This document shows, one piece after another, positions 27,644 through 41,285 of a stretch of DNA of 64,000 nt. The stretch's first letter is position 1. Each line of letters starts with the position of its first letter. The stretch lies in assembly GCF_006345805.1 (NCBI RefSeq), contig NC_042998.1:63550001-63614000 (forward strand), in the 5' to 3' direction. The translations under genes and the position numbers were made by a program. The notes below the pieces were generated by a model. It ran no database searches. It saw only the letters and a program-made list of their open reading frames with translations, and had not been told where the DNA came from. Origin of the DNA: Octopus sinensis (lineage: Eukaryota).

Positions 27644-28439
27644 GTGAGCTAACATTGTGACCTGTAGATTTAATACAATGCGTAAGTGACATTACTCAGA
27701 ATAGACAAAAGAAATTCACCATATCCTACACCAATACACATTCGAAGACATGATAGAAGTAAACAAACTTATAGTGTTTTATCAACTTTTGTTTCATTGA
27801 TTTCCATTCCAACTCAGGTCGATATCAGTTTTCAGTTTTTCTCAGTGATTGAAAACTAAGCAAAGTGAAGTACTGTTTCATCTTCAATCTGTGATACTGA
27901 GTCATAAATATTAATAACATCTATTAATGATATATATTATTACTAATATCTATTATTAATTATAGAGATTATTAATAATAGATCCAAGATCAGAAGTATT
28001 TTCTGTGTAGCCGAATCAATGGTTTGAGTAATATTTCGTTTTATAATAATGTTTCTGTATATTAGTGTACATTTATACAAATTTATTAGAGGAGCCGGGC
28101 AAATTAAAATGATTTTGACATCGGTCAACAATGGTATTCAGTCGACCTTTCATTGATTAAATATCGAATCATAATTAAATGAGTTCGGAACAAGATAATA
28201 TTGTGTTTACTATTTGGATTGAACACCTAAATTAAATATGATGTTTTATTTATTTAGTTTATATATTTAGCAATAATATAAGTAAACATTGTTATTTATA
28301 AATAAGCCAACAGTCACAAAATGTTAATTTTCTCTGTTTTATTCATCATAATATAAAAATAAATGCAGATTTAATTTACCGTGTCCTCACGACAATATTG
28401 GTATTTAACAATTATTAGCAAATGTTTGGTTTTAAGGTG

Positions 28440-29290
28440 GTACCAAGTCACATACAATGGTGTAAATACGGGTAACATCTAGAATATTGCCAGGCGTTCA
28501 CAGCACTCTATGACTAGACAAGGGTGTCTGCGGTAAAATAACTCTAGATTTCCATTCAAGGTTAGTTGACTGCAAGATCAACGATGAGCTGAGATTGAAT
28601 CTGGATATTGGTGAAAAGACTCTGTAGTTTCTTCTGGAGACTTTCCAAACGTTTTTCGTATGGTAGCCATACGTGGAGGTAGGGGGATTTCTTTTTCCAA
28701 ACATCTGCTATGGAGATACCAACAACCGAACATGTCCAAGATGCGCTAGGGGGATGAAACTACCTTGTGCGCCATCTTTTCAATTCCGTGATTTAGCAAC
28801 TTGTAGAATAGGACGCGCAATCACGGTTACGTGTTGGCAAAAGCCCGCTTTCCGCCGAGTCCATAGAAAACATCAATGTGCCCCAACATTTGGTACGGAA
28901 GGAAAATAATTGTATCGCTGAGTGGTGGCTGTAACGAAAGATGTATGATGGATTCGTCTCAAATGTTTGAAAGCACAAATTTTTCTGCCTGGTAAAACTC
29001 ATATAAACTAATTCAAGTACCTCTTGAAAAGGTATATAGGGACATAGATGAAGGTATGATACCTTGTATATTTATCGAAAGTTGGATAAGAGTTTCAGGA
29101 GTGGTGAGTTTGGATGGGCCAGCTTTGATTACAGCTTTTTCAATTGGGAAGAAAGAAACAGGCAAAGGGCACTTTGATGTCTTAACGATGGCAGGCTTAT
29201 CCGGTTATGCTATATTAGTTTTCCGTTGAATTGCCCACAAAGGGCTTCGTAGCCAGTGGGGAAATTTTCTTATTGAAGATTTTGTTGCAA
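28440..29290 (-). mobile_element. Possible highly decayed LINE 3' region (I/Nimb-like with an RNase H remnant?)
   Basis: Higher-complexity block; stop-riddled minus translation SLPSLRHQ...KLAHPNSPLL...LQPPL... only loosely resembles I-clade C-termini. Confidence 0.25.
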
Positions 29291-29459
29291 TTTTATTTTT
29301 ATACTCTTTGTTATATCATTTGTTGTATAGTTTCCTTTGTTGTATAGTTTCCTTTAGATTGATAAAACCCCTTCATTTTTGTATTGTATTTCGTCATGTT
29401 GTATAGCTCTCGATGTCTTGGATCACGATATGCACCATCAGCACCACCACATCCTCATC

Positions 29460-29461
29460 AG

Positions 29462-29502
<41 letters not shown>

Positions 29503-29513
29503 TATTATTATTA

Positions 29514-29562
<49 letters not shown>

Positions 29563-29599
29563 ATTATTAGTATTATTATTATTATTATTATTATGATTA

Positions 29600-29659
<60 letters not shown>

Positions 29660-29665
29660 TATTAT
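29460..29665. repeat. (ATT)n microsatellite, the tail of the adjacent minus-strand R4 fragment
   Basis: Direct reading. Confidence 0.95.
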
Positions 29666-30245
29666 TTTTGGTTTGACTCAGGTTCAGTCTTATTCCTGGT
29701 AGGATTTATGTGGGTAGCGTACTATGATTGTACCATGTGTCACTAGTTTCAAATCCACATTGCTGCCAAAGTTTCTAGTGTAAAACACTCAAAACCTCAT
29801 TGTACCTCCATTTCTTATATTATTCCTGTGCCGACTTGAAGCATTCCGCCGCAATGTGTGCCACTGTTTCGTTCCAAGTTCCACAGGCTCTACATTTTTC
29901 CGACACATTCTCTCCATATGTATTTTTCTGAACTCGATTTTTTTATCGCTTTATCTTGGGTTGCTCTCTATTTCTTTATTTCATATCCCCTTTTTTAACC
30001 AAACCCAAGATTTTGTTTCACATATGTCTTTAGTGCCTCTCCAAAATTGGCCAAAGAAAAGTTTCTCTTCAATCTGTCTGACAGGCTCTCTTTGTATCTC
30101 ATTCTTTTCCTTTTCTCTTATTACACGCTTGATCAGTTATTCTTTATTTACTGTCTTTAGTAGTTTTTCTATGCTGCTCTGTAAATATTCTACTGTTTTT
30201 TTCTTTCCATCTGTACGCATCATTCTATTGCTATGGTCTCTTCTC
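29666..30245 (-). mobile_element. Decayed R4-type LINE fragment (F1)
   Basis: Minus translation IQKNTYGENVSEKCRACGTWNETVAHIAAEC (CCHC)...KLWQQCGFE..WYNH. Confidence 0.7.
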
Positions 30246-30261
30246 TGTAATTATTATTATT

Positions 30262-31010
30262 GTTTTACTTCTCAGAACGTTCAGTTTTGTTTGTTCTGAT
30301 AGATTCTGTGAAAGTGAACAGCAGCCTGCCGTGAGAGGTCTCCCAGGATCTCGTTCCGATCATTATAAGCTTTCATACTTGGTTGTTAATAATCGTGGGT
30401 GACATTCAACATCCAAGTACCAATTTCAAAAATCTTAGTTGTCCACATTAGAGTAGTTTATTGGGATGGCTCTGCTCTCATGTCAATTCCAATTTGTCTG
30501 ACATATTTCTCGAAATTGGTTGTTAGTGCTCCGAGTGTCTCTACAACTACTGGAATGACAGACACTCTCCTCATAGTCCACATTTTTGCAAATTTGTCTT
30601 TTAGTAATTTCTACTTTTTAATCTTTTCAAGTTCTTTGTCACTTATGCGTGCATCGCCACATATTGCAATACCAATAATCTTCATTTCGTTTTTACCATT
30701 ATCTACTACAATGTCTGGTCTCCGAGCGTTGATTAGGGAGTTACATTGGATTTTAAAATCCCACAGTATATTATATTCCTTGTTCGTGCCATTTCCGTAC
30801 ACTGTTCAGAACATACTTTTCTCATAGCCTCCATTAGACGAACTTAGACACATTATCGTGCCACTTTTTGTAGTGATTTGGGGCCACCTTGCTACGATCA
30901 CTCACAATATTTAAGATTATTCCGTTTCTACTGCCACACATCCCACAATGTGACGATTCGCTACTCTTATCTATTTGGAAGTTATTATTCCTTTTTCTTA
31001 TTTACCTCCC
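30262..31010 (-). mobile_element. Decayed R4-type LINE 3' end (F2)
   Basis: ILWDFKIQCNSLINARRPDIVVD...IAICGD...KELEK...VIPVVVETLGAL (RLE domain); 3' UTR shared with 41950-42180. Confidence 0.8.
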
Positions 31011-31070
31011 ATCTGCATGTTTGTTACAGTCACTTGCCGAGACCCACCTAGTGTCTTTATTATTATTATT

Positions 31071-31101
<31 letters not shown>

Positions 31102-31180
31102 CTGTTGTTGTTGTTGTTGTTTTTTCCTTCTTTCTTCAAATTTTCTTACATTTCTCGTCGAGTGTTTTCCGTACACCTAG

Positions 31181-31231
31181 GGCAGAGAAGCTCATTGTAT
31201 GCATTCCCAGATTACACACGCAAATTCACAG
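31181..31231 (+). other. Candidate 51-nt exon
   Basis: Pyrimidine-rich acceptor ...CCTAG|, strong donor CAG|GTAAAA; all three frames are open, so the phase is uncertain. Confidence 0.2.
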
Positions 31232-31574
31232 GTAAAATATGTATTTAAAAAGAAAATTAATAAATAAATGAATTCCTGTATGGATGTTGTTTTCACAGCG
31301 ATAATGCTATTCTCAGTACATGAGTAGTTCCAGTTAACACTATTTTTCGCACTTCCTGTAGGGATCGTAAGCCTGGTATCATTTTCAAATTCGCAATCAC
31401 TCAATTTTATGATATTTATTATGTCATTCCATCATATTTTAGTGGCTTTATAATTAGTGTCATATTCCTTTGTTGTAGACTCTTTGTCTGCAAAGAGCAA
31501 ATTCAGCTTTCACTAAAATGTGTTTTTCAGTGTATCTTCTTATTTCTTTATTGCCCAAAAAGGGCTAAATATAG

Positions 31575-31957
31575 AAGGAGACAATCAAGAAGAGACAAAG
31601 GGACTAAGTCGATTACATAGACCCCAGTGCGTAACTGGTACTGAATTTATCGACCCCAAAATGATAAAACCAAAGTTGACCTCAGCGGAATTTGAACTCA
31701 GAACTCACAGACAGACGAAATACATATTTCTTTACTACCCACAAGGGGCTAAACACAGAGGGACGAAACAAGGACAGACAAACGGATCAAGTCGATTACA
31801 TCGATCCCAGTGCGTAACTGGTACTTATTTAATCGACCCCCGAATGGATGAAAGGCAAAGTCGACCTCGGTGGAATTTGCACTCGGAATGTAGCGGCAGG
31901 CGAAATACCGCTAAGCATTTCTCCCGGCGCGCTAACGTTTCTGCCAGCTCGCCGCCT
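31575..31957 (-). mobile_element. tRNA-derived SINE (best-preserved copy 31745-31957) plus a partial second copy of its body (31575-31715)
   Basis: Head AGGCGGCGAGCTGGCAGAAACGTTAGC...GAGTGCAAATTCC (A/B boxes); body GTCGACTTTGCCTTTCATCC...GGTCGAT..AAGTACCAGT, which from memory resembles the Meta-SINE central domain. Confidence 0.8.
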
Positions 31958-32084
31958 TATATTTTCAGTGTATCTTCTATCAGCAACTACGTTCATCAAT
32001 GTGTACTCATATTTTGTTCTCCAATATATTAATTTCTATGACTCTTGTGATTCACGTCTTAGTTTATCAAGCATTATTGCTTGT

Positions 32085-33435
32085 TAAGTATCCTCGAGCA
32101 ACAACTAAAATCATTCATTTTGTGGTTTCATAATTTATCGTACCATCCTGATGTTTTGAATTGGAAAGTTAATCGCAGGTTTCGTTCAAAGAGATATACA
32201 CAGATACAGTACATTCCCCTAGACCTAAGCTCCTCCTCTTATAAACCTTACTACAAGTCCAGCAAGAATCTTTCCTATATACACAAACAGTCTTGTCACC
32301 GCTTGTACTATTTAAAAACCTGATAGCCAACATTAGTAACAGAATATCGAACCTCTCTTCCTCTCAAGAAATTTTCGAGAAGGCAGAACCGTACTAGAAC
32401 AAAACTCTAGACAATAGTGGCTTTAAGGATCAATTAATATATAACCCCTCTAATATTAGTACGAATAATAAAGGTAGACCTAAAAATAGACCTAGGATTA
32501 TAATTTGGTTCGTCGTCACCCCTTTCCCTTTTCCCGTGATGTTAAAACCAGCATGCGTAAAAGATTCCTGTCACGCTGAGACAAATGTTCTCCAGATAAT
32601 CACATGTACAGGAAAATATTCAAAAGGCGCTCAGTTAAATCATCATGTAACCGGTGCTCCAATGTAAAAAGCATCATTATATGCAAACACCACCGAGAGC
32701 CTACTCTCAGTTGTGAATGTCGAGATTCATGAAACTGTCCTCTCGACCAGAGAAGCATGATTAAATCCGTCATATAGAGGCAAAAGTTATAGCAACGCTA
32801 GATAATAATATAACTGAAAATACGACATACATCGAAACATGTGAAGGTCATTACAGAAATCGCTATGGCAACTACCTATCTTTCTTCTGACACAAGGACA
32901 AAGGCAAAGCCACTAAGGGGACTAGCCACGTATGGAATTTGAAGTCTAACGTTACACCGCATACAAGGCCATGCCATATGTCAACGGATCGCAAAAAAAA
33001 AATGTAAGCTATGCATAGCTGAAAAAGTTCAGATCCTTTACAGATCTACGAATTCCACCTCACTGCTGAACTTCAGATTTGAAATTTTGAGCTGCTGTAA
33101 GCATATGAGTAAGTTTCTGTAATGAATTGGAAACTACCACCCTCTCTGAATTGAGCAACGGCACTTCAAGCTCTAGATCACTCTACTTTCAGCTTTATGC
33201 CTTTCATCTGAATTACTTCATCTCTCTCTTTTTTGTTTCTTTTTCGTGCTCAGGTTTTTCAACCTTACACCAACTTCTTACTTCTCATCTTTTCTCCTTT
33301 TTTCTCCCATCCCATCGCTCTGGTTTTAGTTTGTTCTGCCACGTGGGAACAACCTGAGGATCGTGTGAAGGTACCAGACGCGTTAAAAAACGCTGCCTGA
33401 GCAGATTTCATCACATGAAACTACTAGTTGCTCAT
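32085..33435 (+). mobile_element. Decayed Penelope-like element, 3' part (GIY-YIG end plus 3' UTR)
   Basis: LDLSSSSYKPYYK...YIHKQS.H; RIIIWF; C.CRDS.NCPLD; TYIETCEG; KCKLCIAEK; LLNFRFEILSCCKHMSKFL*. Confidence 0.8.
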
Positions 33436-35444
33436 ATAAAATATACATTATGTTTACTAAATGACATTTATCTCTCATCAGATGGATTACATTTTTTGCT
33501 GATCTTACCATTACGGAACAATTCAATATATATATATATATATGTCGTTGACAAATTATACGACTTAATATATGTATATCAATAAATATATATGGGGAAA
33601 GTTCGTGTTGATAGGGAGTTCGACTTACTCCTAAGGATTCATGCATCCAGTGGGTGAATAACACGAGAGATCACACTTGAAGTCCCGACCAACAAAGCTT
33701 TTATAATCAATTTGACAGGGTTCTTCGAATTGCATCTCCTTTCAGCATTTAATCTGTGGTTATTACCTAAGAAAGATCCAATTATAGCTATTGTTAAACA
33801 TTTGAATATACACGCACATGCACATACATACACGCATACGCACTCACACGAACACATGAATTATGAATGACATTTCGATTTTGACTCTTCTGCACTACAT
33901 GTCTTCCATTGATAAAGAAAAAACGAAGAATGAATATGGGAAGTCTTAAGAGGAATATTAAAAAATAAAGCAACCCCCCCCCCAAAAAAAAAATAAGACA
34001 AACAGTATGCAAATACACAGCATCTGTTGAGTTGCATGTGTAATGAGCAATTTAAATAGACAGATAAAGATATTTATTTGATTGCTTGTATATTATTACT
34101 GAAGTGATTTAGAATAAAAAGAATAATATAAATACATAACTGTAATTGAATCCTTTCAACTGCAATATCATATGGCATTTGCAGAATGGTTTTCATGCTC
34201 GAAGTACTACGGAATCAAATAAAGAATAAAAGAAGGAAAGGCGAAAAGAATGAAAAAGATGAAAGAATGAACGAAAGAAAGAGAGAGAGAGAAACAAAGA
34301 ATAACAGAGTGAAAGAAAGAGTAAATTATACACCCTAGTAAATCTTTGTTTCGGAAAAGCTGCTGAAATTAAGATTTCATTCATAAAATAACGTAACGCG
34401 CAGAAGCAATTCACCCGCATCGGAAATGAAATATTTATACCGAATGTATGAAAGAAAGGAACTTTAAACCTCCCTAAATTGGTCTTGCCTTTATCTATGG
34501 AGAACACGACTTTCGAGATTACATAACGACATTTTTGCATCTATGTGAGCAACCTTTCAAACGTCTTAACTTAAGTTAATGTTGTTTTTGTATTGCTCTA
34601 ATATGAAGGTAATTTTCCATGTTAAACAATGATGACAGATGAAGTTTTTCTACATTTATCATGCGTGTAAATAAGTGCAAATGCAATGAAGAGCCATTTT
34701 GAAATACAGATATTTCTAATTTGTGTTAATCTCGAAACATACTTCCAAAGTGTGATGGCAAATTTCTTATTCGTGTTAAATTCATATTCTATTTTTTCGA
34801 TTAAATTTTCGTCTGCAAACCCTCGCTCATCTCCACCGCCTCAGGGTTACAGGGAAAGCAGTTTCCATTCAGCAGTCCGATATTAAGGTATCTGCACCCA
34901 CACATGCTCTCGGAGTTGGTTTTATTTTTGCTTGACATATGAATTCCATAAATGGGGATAATAGGACTCAGATTTTGATTACAAGTGTAAGAAATAGTAA
35001 TAACATTTCTATTAAACATCTTACGATCTTATGATGCTAAGGACTAATTAAATAAAGTGATTCTAATTTAATAAACTGCTTAAATATAATTATTTAAGCT
35101 AAAGCTGGAATGAATCGGGTGGTTGTTCAACGTTTAATTTTAAGATTGTAAATTGTAGTCTTGCATGGATATTGTGTCCCACGGCAATACGTCTTTATAA
35201 ATTTGCCATGATCCACAAAAGCATCTAGAAATTAGGATAATGATTTTAATATAGGCGCTTAATATATGTGTGTGCGTGCACGTGTGTACGAGTAGGAGTA
35301 TCAGTGTGTGTGCGTGGGTGTGTATGCGTGTGTACGTGGGTGAAGGCGGTTTCAATTCCCAGATTGTTGGTGTTGGCGACAGAAGCTAATAGATGTTTCC
35401 TAAAGTTTCTGAAGGAGTACTAACACGGAAATTAAATATATATA

Positions 35445-35499
<55 letters not shown>

Positions 35500-35855
35500 T
35501 CCCTATATATATATTATATATATATATATATATATATTCTCCCTATATATATATATATATAATATATATATATATATGTCTATGTGTATAATATATATAT
35601 ATATATATATACATACATACATACATACATGACCTCTCATACGCACTAATACTCTCTCATACACACACACACACCCTCATGTTGGAGCTGGTCATTCAAC
35701 CCTATTATCAACCCTATTATCTCCCCTTATTTCGCTCTCGCGTCTCATGTTTGATCTTTGACCTCTGGCCGAAATCAGATCGCCATGTTGATTCGTTAGT
35801 TACTGCACGCATTTTTGTTCTCTCCTTCTTTCTGTGTATTTTTTCTCTCTGTGTA

Positions 35856-35893
35856 TCTTTCTGTTGAAGAGCGTAGGCTCGAAACGTTAAAGA
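35856..35893 (+). ncRNA. Minimal hammerhead-like motif in the 5' pLTR (A6U core variant)
   Basis: UCUUU-CUGUUGA-A-GAGC(GUAG)GCUC-GAAA-CG-UU|AAAGA; helix I UCUUU/AAAGA, palindromic helix III. Confidence 0.55.
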
Positions 35894-36344
35894 CTTGTTT
35901 TATTTATTTTTCCTGAGCGCCATACTAATACAATTGTTTGTTTGTTTCCCACCTGCCTTCGTCTTTTGTCTATTTTCATAAAGCTTCCCGTTATATATTA
36001 TGCGCTCACGTGGTCTCAGTTTCATCCTATATTCTACCAATACCACTATCAACACTTACCTCTACCTTGGATTTTCTTTACCTCTTGGATACTTACCATT
36101 GGCTGCACCTCTCTTTCGCGGATCAAAGTGACTTTGTTATTGATGTGAAATCCTTAAAAAATATACCACGACGTCTACACATTTCTAACCTTGAACTTTC
36201 AACCTTGAACTTGTTCGCATAAACTGTCCCGTTTGTTGTATTTTTATTTTCTCATATATTACCAATTTTTTACATTCATTTCATGCTTTCCACAGTTTCC
36301 TGCATTTTTGTTCTCCTTTCCGAGGAAACAGAGTATGGACATCC

Positions 36345-37747
36345 ATTGATGGAAGAGTTGATTCAAATGGATAATGAAGCGTAGCGTGTTTGGAGCATAG
36401 AGAAGCGGCAGAGAGGAGAAGAAGGTGGAGAAAGCAGGAGGAAGAAGGCGGTTGATGGTATGTAGTTTAGAGAGATTGGAGCGAATGGTGGCTCGCATAA
36501 GGCGGTAAGATGTGGTGCGGAGTATGGGTAAGATGGAAGAATCCGAGTGGAGAGCAGGGTGGAAGTGGAGGCGGAACCTTTAGGGATGAGTTGGTGATGT
36601 AGGCAGCGGCTTAGGAAAGAGACATGGGTAGAGAAGCGGATTTTTTAAAAAAGAAGTAGAGAGAGATTAACGGACGCCTGAAGGCAGTATACGGGAAGTG
36701 AACGGAGATGATCCTTCAAACGATGATGGAGGGTGAGGAGGTAGGACCTAGGATCCGGCATGATGGGATAGCGGAAAAAAACAAACGTTCGAAAAAACAA
36801 AAAAAAACAAAAAACAAAAAGCAAAAAATTATCGTATGAAAAAAATAGATAAAAAAGGATAGCGAAAGAAAGGGGAAAAAAACAAACGTTCAAAAAACAA
36901 AAAATAATAATCGTATGAAAAAACTAGATAAGTAAGCGATAGGGGCAGAAAAGACGGGGCAAACGGAAAAGGGAAAGAAAGAAGGGAAGTAGAGACAGGG
37001 GGAGGCAAAAAAGGGGGGTGCAGGCAGAGGAACAGAGTATGGACATCCATACTCTGTTTCCTCTGCCTGCACCCCCCTTTTTGCCTCCCCCTGTCTCTAC
37101 TTCCCTTCTTTCTTTCCCTTTTCCGTTTGCCCCGTCTTTTCTGCCCCTATCGCTTACTTATCTAGTTTTTTCATACGATTATTATTTTTTGTTTTTTTGA
37201 ACGTTTGTTTTTTTCCCCTTTTTTTCGCTATCCTTTTTTATCTATTTTTTTCATACGATAATTTTTTGCTTTTTGTTTTTTGTTTTTTTTTTGTTTTTTC
37301 GAACGTTTGTTTTTTTCCGCTATCCCATCATGCCGGATCCTAGGTCCTACCTCCTCACCCTCCATCATCGTTTGAAGGATCATCTCCGTTCACTTCCCGT
37401 ATACTGCCTTCAGGCGTCCGTTAATCTCTCTCTACTTCTTTTTTAAAAAATCCGCTTCTCTACCCATGTCTCTTTCCTAAGCCGCTGCCTACATCACCAA
37501 CTCATCCCTAAAGGTTTCCGCCTCCACTTCCACCCTGCTCTCCACTCGGATTCTTCCATCTTACCCATACTCCGCACCACATCTTACCGCCTTATGCGAG
37601 CCACCATTCGCTCCAATCTCTCTAAACTACATACCATCAACCGCCTTCTTCCTCCTGCTTTCTCCACCTTCTTCTCCTCTCTGCCGCTTCTCTATGCTCC
37701 AAACACGCTACGCTTCATTATCCATTTGAATCAACTCTTCCATCAAT
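36345..37747. repeat. ~700-bp near-perfect inverted duplication with a 2-nt spacer at 37044-37045
   Basis: Centre CAGAGTATGGA-CA-TCCATACTCTG; the arms give mirrored ORFs (36259-36498 minus = start of 37594 plus). Confidence 0.95.
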
Positions 37748-40169
37748 TTCTTTCTGATACCAAACTTCGTAAACTCCAATCACTCTTCCATTCCACCCTA
37801 CCCGACGCCACTACCCCAACTCCTCCACTACCCTTCTCCCCTCCCGATAGGCTCCATCCACTTACACCTAACCCTACTGCCCCCCCACCCCCCCCCCCCA
37901 CACCTCCCCAATCCCCCCCTCAGACCCCCACGAGACCTACCACCCCTCCTACCTCTATTCCACCCACCCCTTCTCCACATCCGTCTGTTGTTACCATTCC
38001 CCCCGATCTTCCCCTCTCTGCGGCTGAACGCTCCGTCCTTGGTAGGGGTCTGCGTTTCATCCCCCTCACTCCATCCTGTAAGGAATTCCAGACGCGAGTT
38101 GATGTCCACAGCTTTGTGCGCCGTGTCCGGTTGGGTGCGCATTACCACGACTCGCCACCCACACCCAACGAAGAGGACTGCTTCACTGGCCTGGGCCGCC
38201 GACCATCCCCGTGGACGCCTGCCCCTGGCCAGTTCCTAGCAGTGGATCTTTTCGCGGGCGTTTGCCAGCGTGCTTTGGAGCGGTTCAACTTCTCCAGGCG
38301 CCAACGCCGCCTCAACATCTCCCCAGCTGAGCTCTTGGCTCTTCGTTCCCTCCAACGGCGCGCTGACATTATCATCAAACCGGCTGACAAGGGTGGAGCT
38401 ATAGTGGTGTGGGGCGCGGACCTCTATAGGGCCGAGGCTTTCCGCCAACTCAATGACACCTCCTTCTACTCCCCTCTGCCCTCTAACCCCACACGTAGCT
38501 ACCAACAGACGGTATTCTCTACTGTCCGCGACCTCATCTCGTCCTCCCGTCTCCCCCACACCGCATCCAACCTAATTGTGCGAACCCCACGTACCCCCAC
38601 CATTTACATCCTCCCCAAAATCCACAAACCCAACAACCCTGGCCGCCCCATCGTCTCCGCCTGTAACTGCCCCACGGAGCTCATCTCTAAATACCTCGAC
38701 CGTGTCCTTGCCCCCCTAGTGGCATCTCTTCCCTCCCACATCCACGATACCAACCATGCTCTCCGGCTTTTCAACTCTTTCTCCTTTCCTCCCGGCTCCT
38801 CCAAAATCCTTTTTACTATGGACATCCAAAGCCTCTATACTGTTATCCCTCACCACAAAGGACTGCAGGCCCTTCGACACTTTCTTGACGCCACTCCAAC
38901 CCTGTACCTGACACCTCCACACTCATTCGTCTGGCCGAACCTGTCCTTACTCTGAACTGCTTCTCGTTCGCGGGCGAGTTCTACCATCAGTTCTCGGGAG
39001 TGGCCATGGGAACGCGAATGGGCCCCAACTATGCGAACCTGTTCGTTGGCTATGTTGAGGCCCAAATATTCTCTAATTCCACTGGTCCCACTCCTGAATT
39101 ATATGGTCGTTACATTGACGACATTATCGGTGCCACCTCACTCCCCCGTGAACATCTAGATTCCTTCCTCTCTTTCGTCCAATCTTTCCATCCAGCCCTC
39201 CACTTCACTTCCACTATCTCCAACACCTCTGTCTCCTTCCTCGACATTTCGGTTAGCATTCTTCACTCCACTCTTACAACCTCCATTCACTACAAACACA
39301 CAGACTCACACTCATACCTCAACTTCTCTTCCTCCCACCCAGAACACACCAAGCTTTCCATCCCCTATTCCCAATTCCTCCGTCTACGTAGGCTCTGTAG
39401 TGACGACCATGACTTTGAGACTCAGTCTCAACGTATGGCTCACCACTTCACCCTACGTGGATACCCCCTCACCACTATCCACACCGCCCTTGCCAGAGCA
39501 CGGTCCGTGGACTGTGTATCTGCTCTCTCTCCCCGAACCCGCCCTGTAGTCTCCAGCCTCCCTTTTCCCCTCACTTACCACCCCACGACCCTACCTCTCC
39601 AACGCACCATTCTTCGAGCTTTCCGTCATCTCCAGTCCGACCCGTCCACTTCACACCTCTTCCCTAACCGACCCCTCCCCTCTTTCAAACGAGCCCACAA
39701 CCTTCGAGACCTTTTGGTCCATAGCTCCTTCCCTGACCCTACCTCCCAACTCGGCTCGTTCCCCTGCCCCCGCCCACGTTGCCGCACTTACCCTTACCTC
39801 TCCAACACCACCCTCCTCACTAGCACCCATCATCGACCCTATCCCATCATCCACTCCTTCACCTGCACCTCCAGCAATATTATCTATTGCGTCTCTTGCT
39901 CCCTCTGCCATTCCTTGTACATCGGACAAACGGGACGCCGCTTGGCTGACCGGTTCGCGGAACACCTTCGTGACATCCACCTTGCGAACGACACACCGGT
40001 CTCACGCCATTTCCGCTCCACCGGTCACTCCTTGCAACACCTATCTGTGTTCGGTTTGTCCTTACACAGAGGCCATCCGGATTCCCGTTTGCGCCGTGAA
40101 CTGGAATTAATCTTCTCTCTTCGCTCTTATACGCCATTTGGTCTCAACTCTCCCCCCCTTCTCATCTAA
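37330..40169 (+). pseudogene. Penelope RT-GIY-YIG polyprotein (in-frame stop ~37444, 1-bp frameshift ~38893)
   Basis: IIIKPADKGGAIVV, LPKIHKPNNPGRPIVS, MDIQSLYT, GVAMGTRMGPNYANLF, RYIDDI, IIYCVSCSLCHSLYIGQTGRRLADRFAEH. Confidence 0.92.
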
Positions 40170-40559
40170 CCCCCCTCTCCCCCCTCCTCACCTACCTTTC
40201 CCCCCGACCCCTACTTCTTCAGTCCTTCATCCTTTCACCCCTACTCCCCTTCCCTTCTTCCCTCTTTCTCCCTCCCTCCTTCCCTCTTCCCCTTCCCTCT
40301 GTTCCCTCACTCCCCTTCTCTCTCCCCCTCTCCCTCTTTCCTCCTTCCTCCTCCTCCTCCTCCTCCTCCTCCTCCCCTTTCCCCTCCTCTCTCTCCCCCT
40401 CTCCCTCTTTCCTCCTTCCTCCTCCTCCTCCTCCTCCTCCTCCTCCCCTTTCCCCTCCTCTCTCTCCCCCTCTCCCCCCTCTCTCCTCCCCTCTTCTCTC
40501 TCCACACTACACCACACGACTTTACACATCACATCATATATGATGTGCCATACTAATAC

Positions 40560-40905
40560 ATACACCAACTAATACATACTAATACGTACTAATACATACT
40601 AATACATACTAATACATACACCAACCCTATACATACACATGTCCAGACCTCTCATACACACTTATACTCTCTCATACACACACACACACACTTATACATA
40701 CTAATACGTACTAATACATACTAATACATACACCAACCCTATACATACACACGTCCAGACCTCTCATACGCACTAATACTCTCTCATACACACACACACT
40801 CACACACTTATACATACTAATACATACTAATACATACACCAACCCTATACATACACACGTCCAGACCTCTCATACGCACTAATACTCTCTCATACACACA
40901 CACAC
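40560..40905 (+). repeat. Three ~110-120 bp tandem units plus ATACTAATAC micro-repeats in the PLE 3' region
   Basis: CCAACCCTATACATACAC..GTCCAGACCTCTCATAC begins near 40620, 40733 and 40838. Confidence 0.85.
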
Positions 40906-41090
40906 ACACCCTCATGTTGGAGCTGGTCCTTCAACCCTATTATCAACCCTATTATCTCCCCTTATTTCGCTCTCACGTCTCATGTTTGATATTTGACCTC
41001 TGGCCGAAATCAGATCGCCATGTTGATTCGTTAGTTACTGCACGCATTTTTTTTCTCTCCTTCTTTCTGTGTTTTTTTTCTCTCTGTGTA

Positions 41091-41128
41091 TCTTTGTGTT
41101 GAAGACCGTAGGCTCGAAACGTTAAAGA
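41091..41128 (+). ncRNA. Decayed hammerhead-like motif in the 3' pLTR
   Basis: Same as 35856 but with C3G and a helix II mismatch (GACC/GCUC). Confidence 0.45.
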
Positions 41129-41225
41129 CTTGTTTTATTTATATTTCCTGAGCGCCATACTAATACAATTGTTTGTTTGTTTCCCACCTGCCTTCGTCTT
41201 TTGTCTATTTTCATAAAGCTTCCCG

Positions 41226-41285
<60 letters not shown>

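Larger units (their letters stand above)
35631..41233 (+). mobile_element. Penelope-like element (Penelope/Poseidon type), near full length, with direct terminal repeats
   Basis: RT and GIY-YIG ORF; ~370-bp direct repeats at 35631-35997 and 40864-41233; (TA)n flanks. Confidence 0.92.

Noticed and set aside
33392-33433. Hammerhead-like remnant after the old Penelope ORF
   Set aside because: Core (CUGAGCA) and helix II too degenerate to call; at best a dead relic.
36322-36345. GAAAC-stem-GUU reading of the native PLE hairpin as hammerhead helix III
   Set aside because: No CUGANGA-like core upstream.
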